From the IMG/VR virus record IMGVR_UViG_3300005758_000578, positions 48,049-112,048 of that record: a stretch of 64,000 bases of DNA; one strand, given 5' to 3'. Positions 21,036-31,317 of the stretch are shown here, one piece after another. Source of the stretch: a virus. Under the pieces are notes generated by a model. That model was not told the DNA's origin. It saw only the letters and a program-made list of their open reading frames with translations, and ran no database searches. Made by a program: the position numbers and the translations under genes. The first letter of the stretch is position 1. Each line of letters starts with the position of its first letter.

Positions 21036-23183
21036 TTATTTGTATTTTTTTAACCAGTCTATTTGACCACCTTGTTTCTTTTGTTTAACATATATTGGTT
21101 TACCTGTTGCATCTTTTTTATAATAGAATCTATCATAAAACTCATATGGTTTTCTATTACTACCATATACAACTGCATCCATATATGGTAAGTTAAAATC
21201 ATACTTATCATAAATAGATACATATCTTCCTCTTTCATCCTCACCTTGTGATAATATAAATTTCTGTAAAGGATCTGTCTGAGTAAATGGTATTTCATTA
21301 TCAGTAGTCATCATATCTTGATTAATGATATATGGACTTAATGCATCCATTTGAATAGTTTGTCCAGGTTTACCTTGAGATTTTTGTATATATGCATCAA
21401 TAAGTTTTTGAGGATCATATACATTATTTAAAGCATAGTACTGGGCATTAGGATCATTAGCTTTACTTGGTTTATATTTAGATGGACTAATATATTTTGG
21501 TTTAGTTGGTAATCCTAAAGCTAATCTCCAAGCTTCTTCACTAACATGATAATCTCCTTGCCAATCTCTTAATGGTACATCTTTACCACTATTAACTACA
21601 GCACCAATAACATCAGGATAATCAATAGGACGATATCTATCAAATATTTGTTGTTTAGAAACATCACCAACTTTTTCTGCAACTTTAGTTGTGCCCTTAT
21701 CAACTAATGCTTTTGCAACATGACCTCTTACTTCAGGAGTTAATGCCAACTTTAATAGATTAGTAAAAGATCCACCACTTTGATATTGTTCTAACCACCC
21801 TCCATACTTTGCAACATTAAGTTTAGGTTGTTCTATTTTAGAAACATTATTTAATAACCATAGAAGATCATCCTCATTATAAAGAGATTTTAAATCTTCA
21901 TAATCTTGATGTATAATTGCATTATCATTATTAAAAATTTCAAACTTATTTAGATCTTTATATTTAATTTTATCATTAAATACATCAACTCCAAAATTTT
22001 GATTTAAAAGTTTTCTAGTTGAATTTAGTCTAGCTCTAACTTCAGTAGGATCAGAATAGTAATTAATAGCTCCTTCTTCAGGAGTATTACCATGATCTTG
22101 CCAAAAACCAATGCTCTCTACATTTGGATTTTTTCTTATTCTCTTACTGATCTCAGCTGTATCTTGTTCTGGAATAAGTCTATCCCAAGAAACATTAAGT
22201 ATTGGTCTATCAACTGAATGAGATATTTCATGAGGAAAAACCTCGTTTTTAAAAAAATTTGGAGACGATGATGGATTAACTGTTATACTACCAGTTATAT
22301 TTGAAGAATATCCTCCAATTCCTCTATTTATTTCCCCATTTGTTAATCTATTTAACTCAGTAGGAATAGTTAATAAATTATATGCTCTACCAACTTCAAT
22401 TTGAGAATCTTCATCTTTACCTTGAAGCATATCTCTATATCTAGGAGATGACATATATTTTTTAGTCCAGTTATAAGCAGCTTCAAAATCGGAATTAGAA
22501 AAATTTCTATCTGCGGGTACTTCACTAAAATCTATCTTTTTACTAAATTCATGGTCTCGTAAAGCATCTTCCATAGTATAATTACGTTCTCTCGTATTAG
22601 GTATAACAAAAGAATTAAAAAATCTATTTAAAGCACTTTTAGGTTTAATATGAACTTCAGATATTTTATCAGGATTTAAGAAAGTAGTTGTCTCAATCCC
22701 ACCGTCTTGATACTGATCTAACCAAGTCTCACCACCATCTTCTCTACGCTTATGATTATAGTCTATACGCTTACCAGATGTTTTCTCTCTTTTAAATTTA
22801 GCTTTCTCTGCAGATGACATCTCTGATGTAGTTTTAGGAGTTGTTTCATTTACCCGCTTCTTAGGTCTGCATGCAGGATAAGGTCTAGAACCTTTTTCAT
22901 CACCTGATCTACCACATGGTTTACCGGTCTTAACATCAGTCCACTCTTCAGCAAACCATTGTCTTAAACCACCTTTACCCATCTGTGGAATTTCAGTTAC
23001 ATAATTACCAGGAAAATTGTAATCCTTACCAGGCATCATCATTTGACTGTTACCTAAATCATCTACACCTAATACTGGGTAATTTACCCCCTTCATTGTT
23101 ATGTTAGAAGAGGGTATGATTGTAACTTCACCGGGATATGCCCACTGACCTAAAGGAGATACTATAGGTTTTTTCTTAGCCAT
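21036..23183 (-). CDS. Modular GG-punctuated protein (715 aa) with zincin-like metallopeptidase module
   Basis: HEISH at 22218-22232 plus downstream PTEVRARL; six GG motifs with WL(D/E/K)xY spacers. Confidence 0.65.
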   Translation of the reverse strand: MAKKKPIVSPLGQWAYPGEVTIIPSSNITMKGVNYPVLGVDDLGNSQMMMPGKDYNFPGNYVTEIPQMGKGGLRQWFAEEWTDVKTGKPCGRSGDEKGSRPYPACRPKKRVNETTPKTTSEMSSAEKAKFKREKTSGKRIDYNHKRREDGGETWLDQYQDGGIETTTFLNPDKISEVHIKPKSALNRFFNSFVIPNTRERNYTMEDALRDHEFSKKIDFSEVPADRNFSNSDFEAAYNWTKKYMSSPRYRDMLQGKDEDSQIEVGRAYNLLTIPTELNRLTNGEINRGIGGYSSNITGSITVNPSSSPNFFKNEVFPHEISHSVDRPILNVSWDRLIPEQDTAEISKRIRKNPNVESIGFWQDHGNTPEEGAINYYSDPTEVRARLNSTRKLLNQNFGVDVFNDKIKYKDLNKFEIFNNDNAIIHQDYEDLKSLYNEDDLLWLLNNVSKIEQPKLNVAKYGGWLEQYQSGGSFTNLLKLALTPEVRGHVAKALVDKGTTKVAEKVGDVSKQQIFDRYRPIDYPDVIGAVVNSGKDVPLRDWQGDYHVSEEAWRLALGLPTKPKYISPSKYKPSKANDPNAQYYALNNVYDPQKLIDAYIQKSQGKPGQTIQMDALSPYIINQDMMTTDNEIPFTQTDPLQKFILSQGEDERGRYVSIYDKYDFNLPYMDAVVYGSNRKPYEFYDRFYYKKDATGKPIYVKQKKQGGQIDWLKKYK

Positions 23184-26100
23184 TACCTAAATGATGCAAG
23201 TAGTTTATTATTAGAGAGCTTCAATAAGAACTTAGATGATCCAGAAACAATTTTCTTTAACAGAACCTTATTAATGTAATGTCTAAATTTCTTTCTTTGT
23301 GTAGCTCCCTTATTATAATTTACATAAGTTGGATTAATATTCCTAATGTAACCGTTGGATTCAGTGGCCCACATAGGTGTAAATGTACCAGTAAATTCAC
23401 CACGGTCATTAGTAATATCCCAGAATTGATTGAATCTATATTTCTGTTCTTCTTTAGAGAATAAGATATCAATGTTATTAGCATTTACTAATGGATAACT
23501 ATTAATCAAATATGGATCATTCTTAGGAGATAGATTTAATCTTAGATCACCAGAAATTTGTTCTGTGTTATAGATGATAGCCCGGTCAAAGTTCTCATCT
23601 AATAAATGATGATAGTCTAAACAGTTGGGAGAATATCTATAGCACTCTAAGATATATTCTACTGATCTAGTTGTTGTAACAGTTTGACCTTGGTTCTGTA
23701 CATACTCTACCTCAAATGGATAGTTAACACCATAATAGTTACAGAAAGAATCACATACTAAGTTATGTTTCCAGATACCATTATCCTTTACAGTCATGTA
23801 GTAAGTCTTACTAGACATTACTAAGTTAGGATGCCAGTCATGGAATGAAATAAATGCTCTAGCTTTAGGGTCATAACTTACTGTCCAGGAAGCATTTTCA
23901 AAATATGTAGGATCTCCTAAATCAAATTGATATCCGGGGAAATCTACATGACCAAACTTATTACTGTACAGATAAGTTACTTTACCCTTATACTGTGGCT
24001 TAAGTTGGAAGTCACGCTTACAGAAGAATACAATCTCATTGATGTTGTCATATGTTGTTTGACAACCTATACCAATAATTGTATTGTCTATAATATTAGG
24101 ATCCAAATTAGGGAAGTCTACTAATAAAGCATATGGACTATACTGTGAGAACCACCACTTCATACCAGACTTAGATATATCTTGTAAGCCTTGACCATAG
24201 GAGAATACTTTACCCTGGTTTTGACTCATGTAAAATAATCCGGCTGGTGTATTAATTACAGACAATCTATTCTGGCAGCTCCCATATTCAAACTCAGGAT
24301 CTGAGTTTACTAAATTCTGTAATGGTTGTGCATTAAATAACTGACCATCACCAATAGATAATTTAGTACCACCGTTAAGATCTAATGTTTCTACACCCTG
24401 GAATAAGATAGGAGAGTTATTATTTAACATAATAATTGCTCCGGTCTTACCTACAGAACGCATGCTAACTACTTGAGAATCAAAGTCTTTATAGTTATTA
24501 GCTAAGAACTGTCTCCAGTTATCTTTACTTAATTCAAACTGTTGTTGCAATGAATAGATAACCCGTTTATCATATGTTGTATAACATGATACATTAGCCG
24601 GATCATAAATTCTAGATTGCATATTACCCCATGATGCAAAGTTTGAGAAGTGCTTACTAATACTTAAAGCATAGTCATACTTCTGATAGTTTGTATCTTT
24701 AATATATGGAGTACGGAACATCTCCTCATAATCAGTGTAAGTAGTAAAGTCATAATGTCTCTTACCTGGATCATCTCCGTAATCTCTATATGCTAAGTTA
24801 ATCTCTGATTCTACATAAAAGTCCCGGATACCAGAGTTAAACAAATACATATATGCATATCTAACCATGAATGCTCCAGATATAGTCCTTCTATCTAAAT
24901 GGTGAAAATCATTAGGTAATGCTTGATCACCACCAAATATACCACCTAATAAATCAGCAGCATTATATTTAGTAGTATCCATCCAATATCTTGGATAAGG
25001 AAGCATGTTATATAATCTATAATCCCACTCAGTATTATCTGGCATATCCTGCATCCACTGAGAGAAATAGAAGAATGTAGATTTCTCAGTGTAGCGGTTA
25101 ACATACATGTCACCACCAAAGATTACAGCTGATGTAGACTTAGAAGATATTACAGGAAATAAATTAATGCAACCAATAGGCACTTGTCTAATATTATCCA
25201 ATTGACCATATTGATTATCATTCTTAATCTTTAATGCAGCATAGTGAGCAGATGTAGTTGATGACTGAACAAAGTCTTCTGGTTTCTTCCAGATATCTTT
25301 TGCTTTAATTGGTTTATTATCATTGTCTACACCATATGAACTAGGTAAAGGTCTTCCATTCTCTCCTCTAGCAATTTGACCAATTGTAAATAAAGTATTA
25401 TCTACAACTGTAGGATCTGCAATAGGAGAATTTAAAGATACAGTTACAGTGCTAGCACGGAACAAATTATTAATCCGGTAAGTAGTATCATAATCCTGAA
25501 TAACTGGATCAATGTAAAGAGACTTAATAATCTCTCTTCTTCTGTTACCTACAGGTGATGCAGCAAAGTTTTTATAGAAACCATGTGATACATATTGATA
25601 AGCAAACTGTCTTTTACCACCAGCTGCTTCAATACCCTCAATTAAATTTTGAGTAGATGCTAACCAGTAATAAGAGAATAAGATTGCATACTGAGCCATT
25701 GCACCTATTAATCCGGCAATTGCACCCGTAAATGGTTGAGCTGTTGTAGCAGTTCCAGCAATAGCAGGAATAGCCGCAGTAATACCAGCAGCAATAAGAA
25801 AATCTGTAATGGGAACAGCAGCTCTTGCGGCAGCAACACCTAAAGCAACACCCGCAAGATTAGCAATGATTGCAGAAGTATCTGTAATAAACTTATCTTT
25901 AGGATGATTATCTACTGGTCTAAATCTACCTTCTACATCACCCCATACTTGACCATATACTTTTAATTCTGTAGCTGATAGAAAAGGATTCCGGAATGTA
26001 GTTTCAGGTGAGTGAAAAGAGAAGATATCTCTTTTAACTCCATCAAACAATTGTACATCAACAGCACCAGAATTTCCAGTGTGATACTTATCATCATCCA

Positions 26101-27883
26101 TAGTACCACCACGAGTCTGTCTTATTTTAGGTAATTTCTTCTTATCTCTACCTAAGAAAGAATCATGATCTAAGAAATTGTACGGATAGTTTACGTACAA
26201 TCCGGTAATATTGCTATCTACAATATCATAAGATCTCATGTTGTTAATAAGACCCTTTGCAATAATAGATCTATTAGCTTCTCTTGATCCTCTTAAGATC
26301 TCATAACCAATAATACTTCTGATAGGATTACCTGTTGAATCTTTAGGAAACTCAATATTAGAGAACTCTACACCTAAAGAAATAATGTTATTATTAACCG
26401 GATTATAGTTAGGCATAATAATATCATCAGGAAACTTATGGTGTCTAATTTCTTGGCCACATAAGGTATCCCATACATCTGGTTTATTATCTGGATATTT
26501 TTCAGTAGACTGCCAATAAGCCATCTCACCTTTAAATACAATTGTACCACCATCATCAGTGGTTCCAGTTGCAGGTACTTTGGTAGCAGTATTGTTTACT
26601 TGCCAGTTTTGTTCTGGACCAAAGTTTACAATATGATCAGGGCCAGAGTTATTACTAAGTTCTCCGGGTTTTGATATACGTCCTGGAATATGATAGCTTG
26701 CAGATTTTGCACCTGTGTCATAAATCCAGCGTATAAAGAAACTATATACTTCATCTCTTAAAAATGTTGGTTTGTTTCCGCCTTTATAATAATAGTCAGC
26801 GGGATATTCTACACCTACCCAATTAGTGCTAATCTTATTAGCTAAGGGTTGGTAATTAAAATCTTCATAAGTGGTAGGAGCAATACGGATAAGGTATTCA
26901 TTTACATTATACATACCCTGTGATTTCTCATAAGCCGGGGTACGTAAAGGTATTTGCTCCAAAGGAACTGTAGGTAATGTAGGATCTACAGCATCTAATG
27001 ATATAGTACTAGTCTGAGTAGAATAGTAACCAATTCTTCTAGCTACAGCTTGTTGATTAACAAAACCAATAACTACTAACTCAAACTCATCATACTCTGT
27101 ATCTAAACCATTAATAAAAATATCTAATGACCCGTTTACATTATCATGTGTCCATAAAGCCTGTACGTTAGAAATAGCTAAGTAGTCAGATACTTTAACA
27201 CCATTAACTGAGTAAGCAATTGTAGCTTGGTATGATCCATTAAGTAAGGTACCTAAACCATTACCTTTCTTTACCTGAATACAAGGAGTCTTAGCATATG
27301 CTGCTAATCTTAATTTATCACAATCAATTACTCCAGTTGATACTTCATCTTTACAAGGTCCTGGAAGAACATCTGTTGTAAGATAAGGAACACCATCCCA
27401 ATTACCTACAGGATAAGGCCATGATTCTTCCTTACCAATATTCATAGTCCGGGATACATTGTATCCATGATCCCAGTATAAAGACCAAGTACAATCAGAG
27501 TTATACTTAGATACACCAATTACTGGATATTCTTTAAAGAACTTAAAGCATTGGTTTAAAGGATCATTGTGAATAGTATTATATGCACATGTTTCTTCAT
27601 GAAATAATCCTACTTCAGAAGCAAAATTATTAGAGGAATAAACAGCCCAATAACCGTTATTAATATATACAGTACCAATGATTGTATAAGGAGCTCTTGC
27701 ACAAAGTACATTACTAGGCTCATTACCTAATACACCAACATCTCCAGAAGGAGAGTTGTTTACTGCATTTCTAGCATGTGTCCAATAACCTTCACCTATA
27801 TAAGTATCACTTACGTCTTTAAGTAAGCCTTTGTTATATAGCTCGGTGTGTATTAAACTGGTTTTACCGTCCATTATCTCCAA
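23183..27883 (-). CDS. Tail stabilization/muzzle protein (1566 aa)
   Basis: N-terminal GLLKD...YWTHARN...LGNEPSN, FLRDEVYSFFI, IRHHKFPD and SFHDWHP segments typical of the crAss-like muzzle; position between ring and cargo genes. Confidence 0.75.
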   Translation of the reverse strand: MEIMDGKTSLIHTELYNKGLLKDVSDTYIGEGYWTHARNAVNNSPSGDVGVLGNEPSNVLCARAPYTIIGTVYINNGYWAVYSSNNFASEVGLFHEETCAYNTIHNDPLNQCFKFFKEYPVIGVSKYNSDCTWSLYWDHGYNVSRTMNIGKEESWPYPVGNWDGVPYLTTDVLPGPCKDEVSTGVIDCDKLRLAAYAKTPCIQVKKGNGLGTLLNGSYQATIAYSVNGVKVSDYLAISNVQALWTHDNVNGSLDIFINGLDTEYDEFELVVIGFVNQQAVARRIGYYSTQTSTISLDAVDPTLPTVPLEQIPLRTPAYEKSQGMYNVNEYLIRIAPTTYEDFNYQPLANKISTNWVGVEYPADYYYKGGNKPTFLRDEVYSFFIRWIYDTGAKSASYHIPGRISKPGELSNNSGPDHIVNFGPEQNWQVNNTATKVPATGTTDDGGTIVFKGEMAYWQSTEKYPDNKPDVWDTLCGQEIRHHKFPDDIIMPNYNPVNNNIISLGVEFSNIEFPKDSTGNPIRSIIGYEILRGSREANRSIIAKGLINNMRSYDIVDSNITGLYVNYPYNFLDHDSFLGRDKKKLPKIRQTRGGTMDDDKYHTGNSGAVDVQLFDGVKRDIFSFHSPETTFRNPFLSATELKVYGQVWGDVEGRFRPVDNHPKDKFITDTSAIIANLAGVALGVAAARAAVPITDFLIAAGITAAIPAIAGTATTAQPFTGAIAGLIGAMAQYAILFSYYWLASTQNLIEGIEAAGGKRQFAYQYVSHGFYKNFAASPVGNRRREIIKSLYIDPVIQDYDTTYRINNLFRASTVTVSLNSPIADPTVVDNTLFTIGQIARGENGRPLPSSYGVDNDNKPIKAKDIWKKPEDFVQSSTTSAHYAALKIKNDNQYGQLDNIRQVPIGCINLFPVISSKSTSAVIFGGDMYVNRYTEKSTFFYFSQWMQDMPDNTEWDYRLYNMLPYPRYWMDTTKYNAADLLGGIFGGDQALPNDFHHLDRRTISGAFMVRYAYMYLFNSGIRDFYVESEINLAYRDYGDDPGKRHYDFTTYTDYEEMFRTPYIKDTNYQKYDYALSISKHFSNFASWGNMQSRIYDPANVSCYTTYDKRVIYSLQQQFELSKDNWRQFLANNYKDFDSQVVSMRSVGKTGAIIMLNNNSPILFQGVETLDLNGGTKLSIGDGQLFNAQPLQNLVNSDPEFEYGSCQNRLSVINTPAGLFYMSQNQGKVFSYGQGLQDISKSGMKWWFSQYSPYALLVDFPNLDPNIIDNTIIGIGCQTTYDNINEIVFFCKRDFQLKPQYKGKVTYLYSNKFGHVDFPGYQFDLGDPTYFENASWTVSYDPKARAFISFHDWHPNLVMSSKTYYMTVKDNGIWKHNLVCDSFCNYYGVNYPFEVEYVQNQGQTVTTTRSVEYILECYRYSPNCLDYHHLLDENFDRAIIYNTEQISGDLRLNLSPKNDPYLINSYPLVNANNIDILFSKEEQKYRFNQFWDITNDRGEFTGTFTPMWATESNGYIRNINPTYVNYNKGATQRKKFRHYINKVLLKKIVSGSSKFLLKLSNNKLLASFR

Positions 27884-28740
27884 CTATTAAAATTATAACT
27901 TTTAAATTGATCGTAATATTTGCCATATTGAGCCTTACGGTTCATCTGCCACATCTTATACATCTCAGCAAAGTCTGGAGTATTTACTAATGACAAGGCA
28001 TTATTACGGGCTGCTCTTAATCTCTGTTCAATTAAATTAAGTTTCTGTACTACATCTTCCCCATTCATATACAAGTTCTCAAGCAATCTCTGTTTAAGAG
28101 CATATTCATAATACTCATTTACATATGGGTTATCTAATACCATCAAGTTACCCTCTTCATCTTCCATAGTACCTTCATAGTTGATGTATACTTTACCGTG
28201 GTCTAGATTTAGATAAATGTAACCATTCTTAAGTTGTCCTTTATACGGTGACTTCCAGGTAAGATTAGGACAGTCACAAGAAATAGTTTTAGAGTTATTA
28301 TCTAAAGAGATAACTGTACTAATCTCATATGTCCGGGTCTCATACTGTGTAGTCTGAATTACTTGTAATAAATCACCACACTGAGTCAAACAAGTATTAG
28401 GTTGACAAGTACAGGGATCATCACAATTTGGATTAAAGGGTACAATAGTATCCTCTCTATGCGTACCAGAAATAGCGGGCTGTGTAATGCTATATTCACC
28501 ACACAACATTGCATAGTTTAATACATAGAAATCATCAGGTAGTCTTACTTTACTATTGACAATATCAAGTACTGCTTCCTTAGTTTTATTAATCCTAAGA
28601 CCTAAATCATAATTAACTCTCTGAACAACTTTAATAAGTTGCTGAGGCTCTATCATATTCTCTAAAGCATACATAGAGAAATCAACACTTACATCTTCAA
28701 GTAATTGATTAAATGTACGATATTTTAATTCTGTAAGCAT
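27874..28740 (-). CDS. Tail tubular/ring protein
   Basis: 288 aa, VRLPDDF and G.VYINY.G...DEEG segments; immediately upstream of the muzzle gene. Confidence 0.65.
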   Translation of the reverse strand: MLTELKYRTFNQLLEDVSVDFSMYALENMIEPQQLIKVVQRVNYDLGLRINKTKEAVLDIVNSKVRLPDDFYVLNYAMLCGEYSITQPAISGTHREDTIVPFNPNCDDPCTCQPNTCLTQCGDLLQVIQTTQYETRTYEISTVISLDNNSKTISCDCPNLTWKSPYKGQLKNGYIYLNLDHGKVYINYEGTMEDEEGNLMVLDNPYVNEYYEYALKQRLLENLYMNGEDVVQKLNLIEQRLRAARNNALSLVNTPDFAEMYKMWQMNRKAQYGKYYDQFKSYNFNSWR

Positions 28741-29408
28741 TATCTATTTGGATTAATATTGTCATCACTAAGATCTGTAGGAATAGATAATCTAGATCCT
28801 AAATCTTTAATTGCCATTGCTTCAATTTCAGCTAATAAGAATTCAGGTACATTAATACCCAAATCCTGTTTCTTAGTACATGCATTAGCATCATTAGTTG
28901 CATCTTCTGTAAAAATTGCCTCTACCTTAATAGCATCCCAATCAAGATTAGGCATGTATAAATATCCATTCAAGTACCAAAAGTATTTAAACTTGTTATA
29001 CTTAAAGCCGGTTGTTTTAGTCATAGAGGTATATTGACCAGGTGTGGTTGCATATAACTCTTCAGATGCATCAATAGAGCTCACTGTGCGAATCAAAGGA
29101 CCCCAGTAACCCTCTAACATAGTAGGAAGTTTTTCTTTTGTTCTACGGATAGTGCAGCCGGATTTAATACCAGCACAACATGCCTCAATTTTATCTACTT
29201 CAATTAACTCTAAACAGTCTAGAGTTCTCCAGATAGAATTAAATTTCATTAGCTTATTCTGAGAATCTTGTCTTCTCATTAAAAGCTGTGAGTATTTTAC
29301 TACTACACTATAAACATATCTATCTGTCAGAAAAGCATCTTGCCTTACTGCTTTTACTTGATTCTTTACCCGTGATATTACGGTGCCAATAGTTATCATT
29401 TTTATCAA
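28740..29408 (-). CDS. Tail ring protein
   Basis: CLELIEVD...C...RTKEKLP...YLNGYLY pattern; synteny. Confidence 0.6.
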   Translation of the reverse strand: MIKMITIGTVISRVKNQVKAVRQDAFLTDRYVYSVVVKYSQLLMRRQDSQNKLMKFNSIWRTLDCLELIEVDKIEACCAGIKSGCTIRRTKEKLPTMLEGYWGPLIRTVSSIDASEELYATTPGQYTSMTKTTGFKYNKFKYFWYLNGYLYMPNLDWDAIKVEAIFTEDATNDANACTKKQDLGINVPEFLLAEIEAMAIKDLGSRLSIPTDLSDDNINPNR

Positions 29409-29986
29409 AATTCAAATTCATCATATAACTTTAGCACCTCTTGATCTTGTTTTTTACCACCCTCTTTTCTCATGGCTTTAGAAAACATCTCAGATACTTT
29501 TTTATATGAATCCACAACAATGTATTTCTGCCAAGACACAGGATACTCTTTAGCTACTGATCTCTTGAATTGTCTTATAGCTTGAAAACCCCATAACTCA
29601 CGGTTTGCAAACTTATATTTAGTTTGATAATTAGTATAGAATATCTTAGCTAACTTAGAATCTGATTCTAAATTCCTGTTCTTTATTTCTTTACCGTATT
29701 TAACTGATAGACCATAATTTACATTAGTCTCTCTGTTAAATGTACAGGTACCTATGAACAGGTATCCCAGACTTTCAGGTAACTCAACTCCATCCCTATA
29801 CGCAATTACCTCTTTCCAAATATTTTCATTAAATGTCATCACTATCTTTTTTATAGTTTTGTCATCTAATGATGAGAACTCAGGATGCTTCTCTTTAAAC
29901 TCAACCAGAAAGTCTTTATTCAAGATTCTTTTAGGTTTTATTCTCAGTCTTGAAGCGTGTAAATCAGGTGCTTTATAACCTCTCAT
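29405..29986 (-). CDS. IHF/HU-like protein (crAss structural-module type)
   Basis: Helix followed by VELPESLGYLFI (HU-like V.l..lG.f); basic; conserved position near ring genes. Confidence 0.5.
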   Translation of the reverse strand: MRGYKAPDLHASRLRIKPKRILNKDFLVEFKEKHPEFSSLDDKTIKKIVMTFNENIWKEVIAYRDGVELPESLGYLFIGTCTFNRETNVNYGLSVKYGKEIKNRNLESDSKLAKIFYTNYQTKYKFANRELWGFQAIRQFKRSVAKEYPVSWQKYIVVDSYKKVSEMFSKAMRKEGGKKQDQEVLKLYDEFEF

Positions 29987-30025
29987 GCCTTGACTACATT
30001 AATAAGATACAAAATTTAATCCAGA

Positions 30026-31234
30026 TTAAATACAGTTATAAACAAACTCTCCAATCTTACCGTTGTCATAATCATGAACTTCAATAATAGCAGCTCTTTT
30101 GCTACCAATAAATTTATTATGATAATGCCAGTAGTCAGTTTTAGATAAACTAGGTATGATTTTAATAGAAAAACCGGTTATCTCATCCTCTGTAATATAC
30201 TCCACAGTCTTCTTTTTGTGATAATGCCCGGTATATAAAGTTCTAAACTTAGTATTACCCCAAGATTCTGAGAACTCAGTAGCATATACTAATAAAGAGT
30301 TTTTAGTATTTACATCACCATGCTCAAATGCAAAGAAGTTATTATTAAATGTAAGTACTTTTCTTTCTGCATAATCAGAGTGCCATACAATATTTTCTTC
30401 CTGGATAGCTTTAGATAAAGCATGTACTAAATGATATGATGATAATCTATCATGATTACCCGGAATGTACATAATATGTAATGTCTCACATCTCTCCTTT
30501 AAAAAACGAATGCCCTGGTATAGGGCATCAAAGGCATCAGCATATACTTTATAAGCTTTATCAGAATTCTCTACAGGAGTACCTGATGTGGTTGTACCAT
30601 TAAACGTATCCATGTTTAATATATCACCACCTATCACGTACACTAGATCATCTATAAAATAATTATTACTTACACTTTCTGTAAGTTGTTCTAATGAAGC
30701 AAAGTATTGTTCTATGATATCATCATTACCATCTTTTCCAATATGCATATCTTGCATAGATAGTACACAGCTTACATACCGGTGTCTCTTTTGCTTCTTT
30801 ATAACTACCGGCTGATACTTAGGTTTAAAATTATCAATGATATCTTTTAAATAGTCCTCTTTAGTTTTTACAATCTTAGTTACTAAAGCTGATACTAACC
30901 ATTTATCATTCTTCTCTTTGTTCCAGTACTGAGATAATTTCCATTCTGTAGTATCTATACCCAAAATAGCTATGATCTCTTCAGGAGTTTTAGGATTCAC
31001 TGATACTAGTTTCTCTATTTTTCCGGTGCCTTTTTCTAAATCATAAGACTCAGAATTGATTCTTTCCGTATTGTTATCAGAGTTATATTTTAATTTTTTA
31101 GATTTAAATCCCAGAGACTTTTTAATCTTTAAATATTCATCTAATGTAATACCTAATCTTCTTGCACACTCAACGTTAGATAGCTTCCAAGTCGTGCTTT
31201 TAGCTACTCTATCTTTTAATTCTTGTGAGTACAT
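30026..31234 (-). CDS. Calcineurin-like metallophosphoesterase with N-terminal HTH
   Basis: Motifs DMH, GGD, GNHD, EHGD, GHYH; N-terminal ECARRLGIT helix-turn-helix. Confidence 0.85.
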   Translation of the reverse strand: MYSQELKDRVAKSTTWKLSNVECARRLGITLDEYLKIKKSLGFKSKKLKYNSDNNTERINSESYDLEKGTGKIEKLVSVNPKTPEEIIAILGIDTTEWKLSQYWNKEKNDKWLVSALVTKIVKTKEDYLKDIIDNFKPKYQPVVIKKQKRHRYVSCVLSMQDMHIGKDGNDDIIEQYFASLEQLTESVSNNYFIDDLVYVIGGDILNMDTFNGTTTSGTPVENSDKAYKVYADAFDALYQGIRFLKERCETLHIMYIPGNHDRLSSYHLVHALSKAIQEENIVWHSDYAERKVLTFNNNFFAFEHGDVNTKNSLLVYATEFSESWGNTKFRTLYTGHYHKKKTVEYITEDEITGFSIKIIPSLSKTDYWHYHNKFIGSKRAAIIEVHDYDNGKIGEFVYNCI

Positions 31235-31250
31235 GTAGTAATTGTTTTAT

Positions 31251-31279
31251 CAAATGTAATAAAAATAGTTTATAATCAA
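31251..31279 (-). promoter_or_regulatory. Bacteroidota-type sigma70 promoter
   Basis: TACATTTG (TAnnTTTG) at 31251-31258 and TTG 18 nt upstream, just before the phosphoesterase ATG. Confidence 0.5.
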
Positions 31280-31288
31280 GTTATTATA

Positions 31289-31317
31289 CAATAAACCCCG
31301 GCTTTTTACACCGGGGT
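31289..31317 (-). terminator. Intrinsic terminator
   Basis: ACCCCGG-TGTAAAAAG-CCGGGGT followed by TTATTG. Confidence 0.65.
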
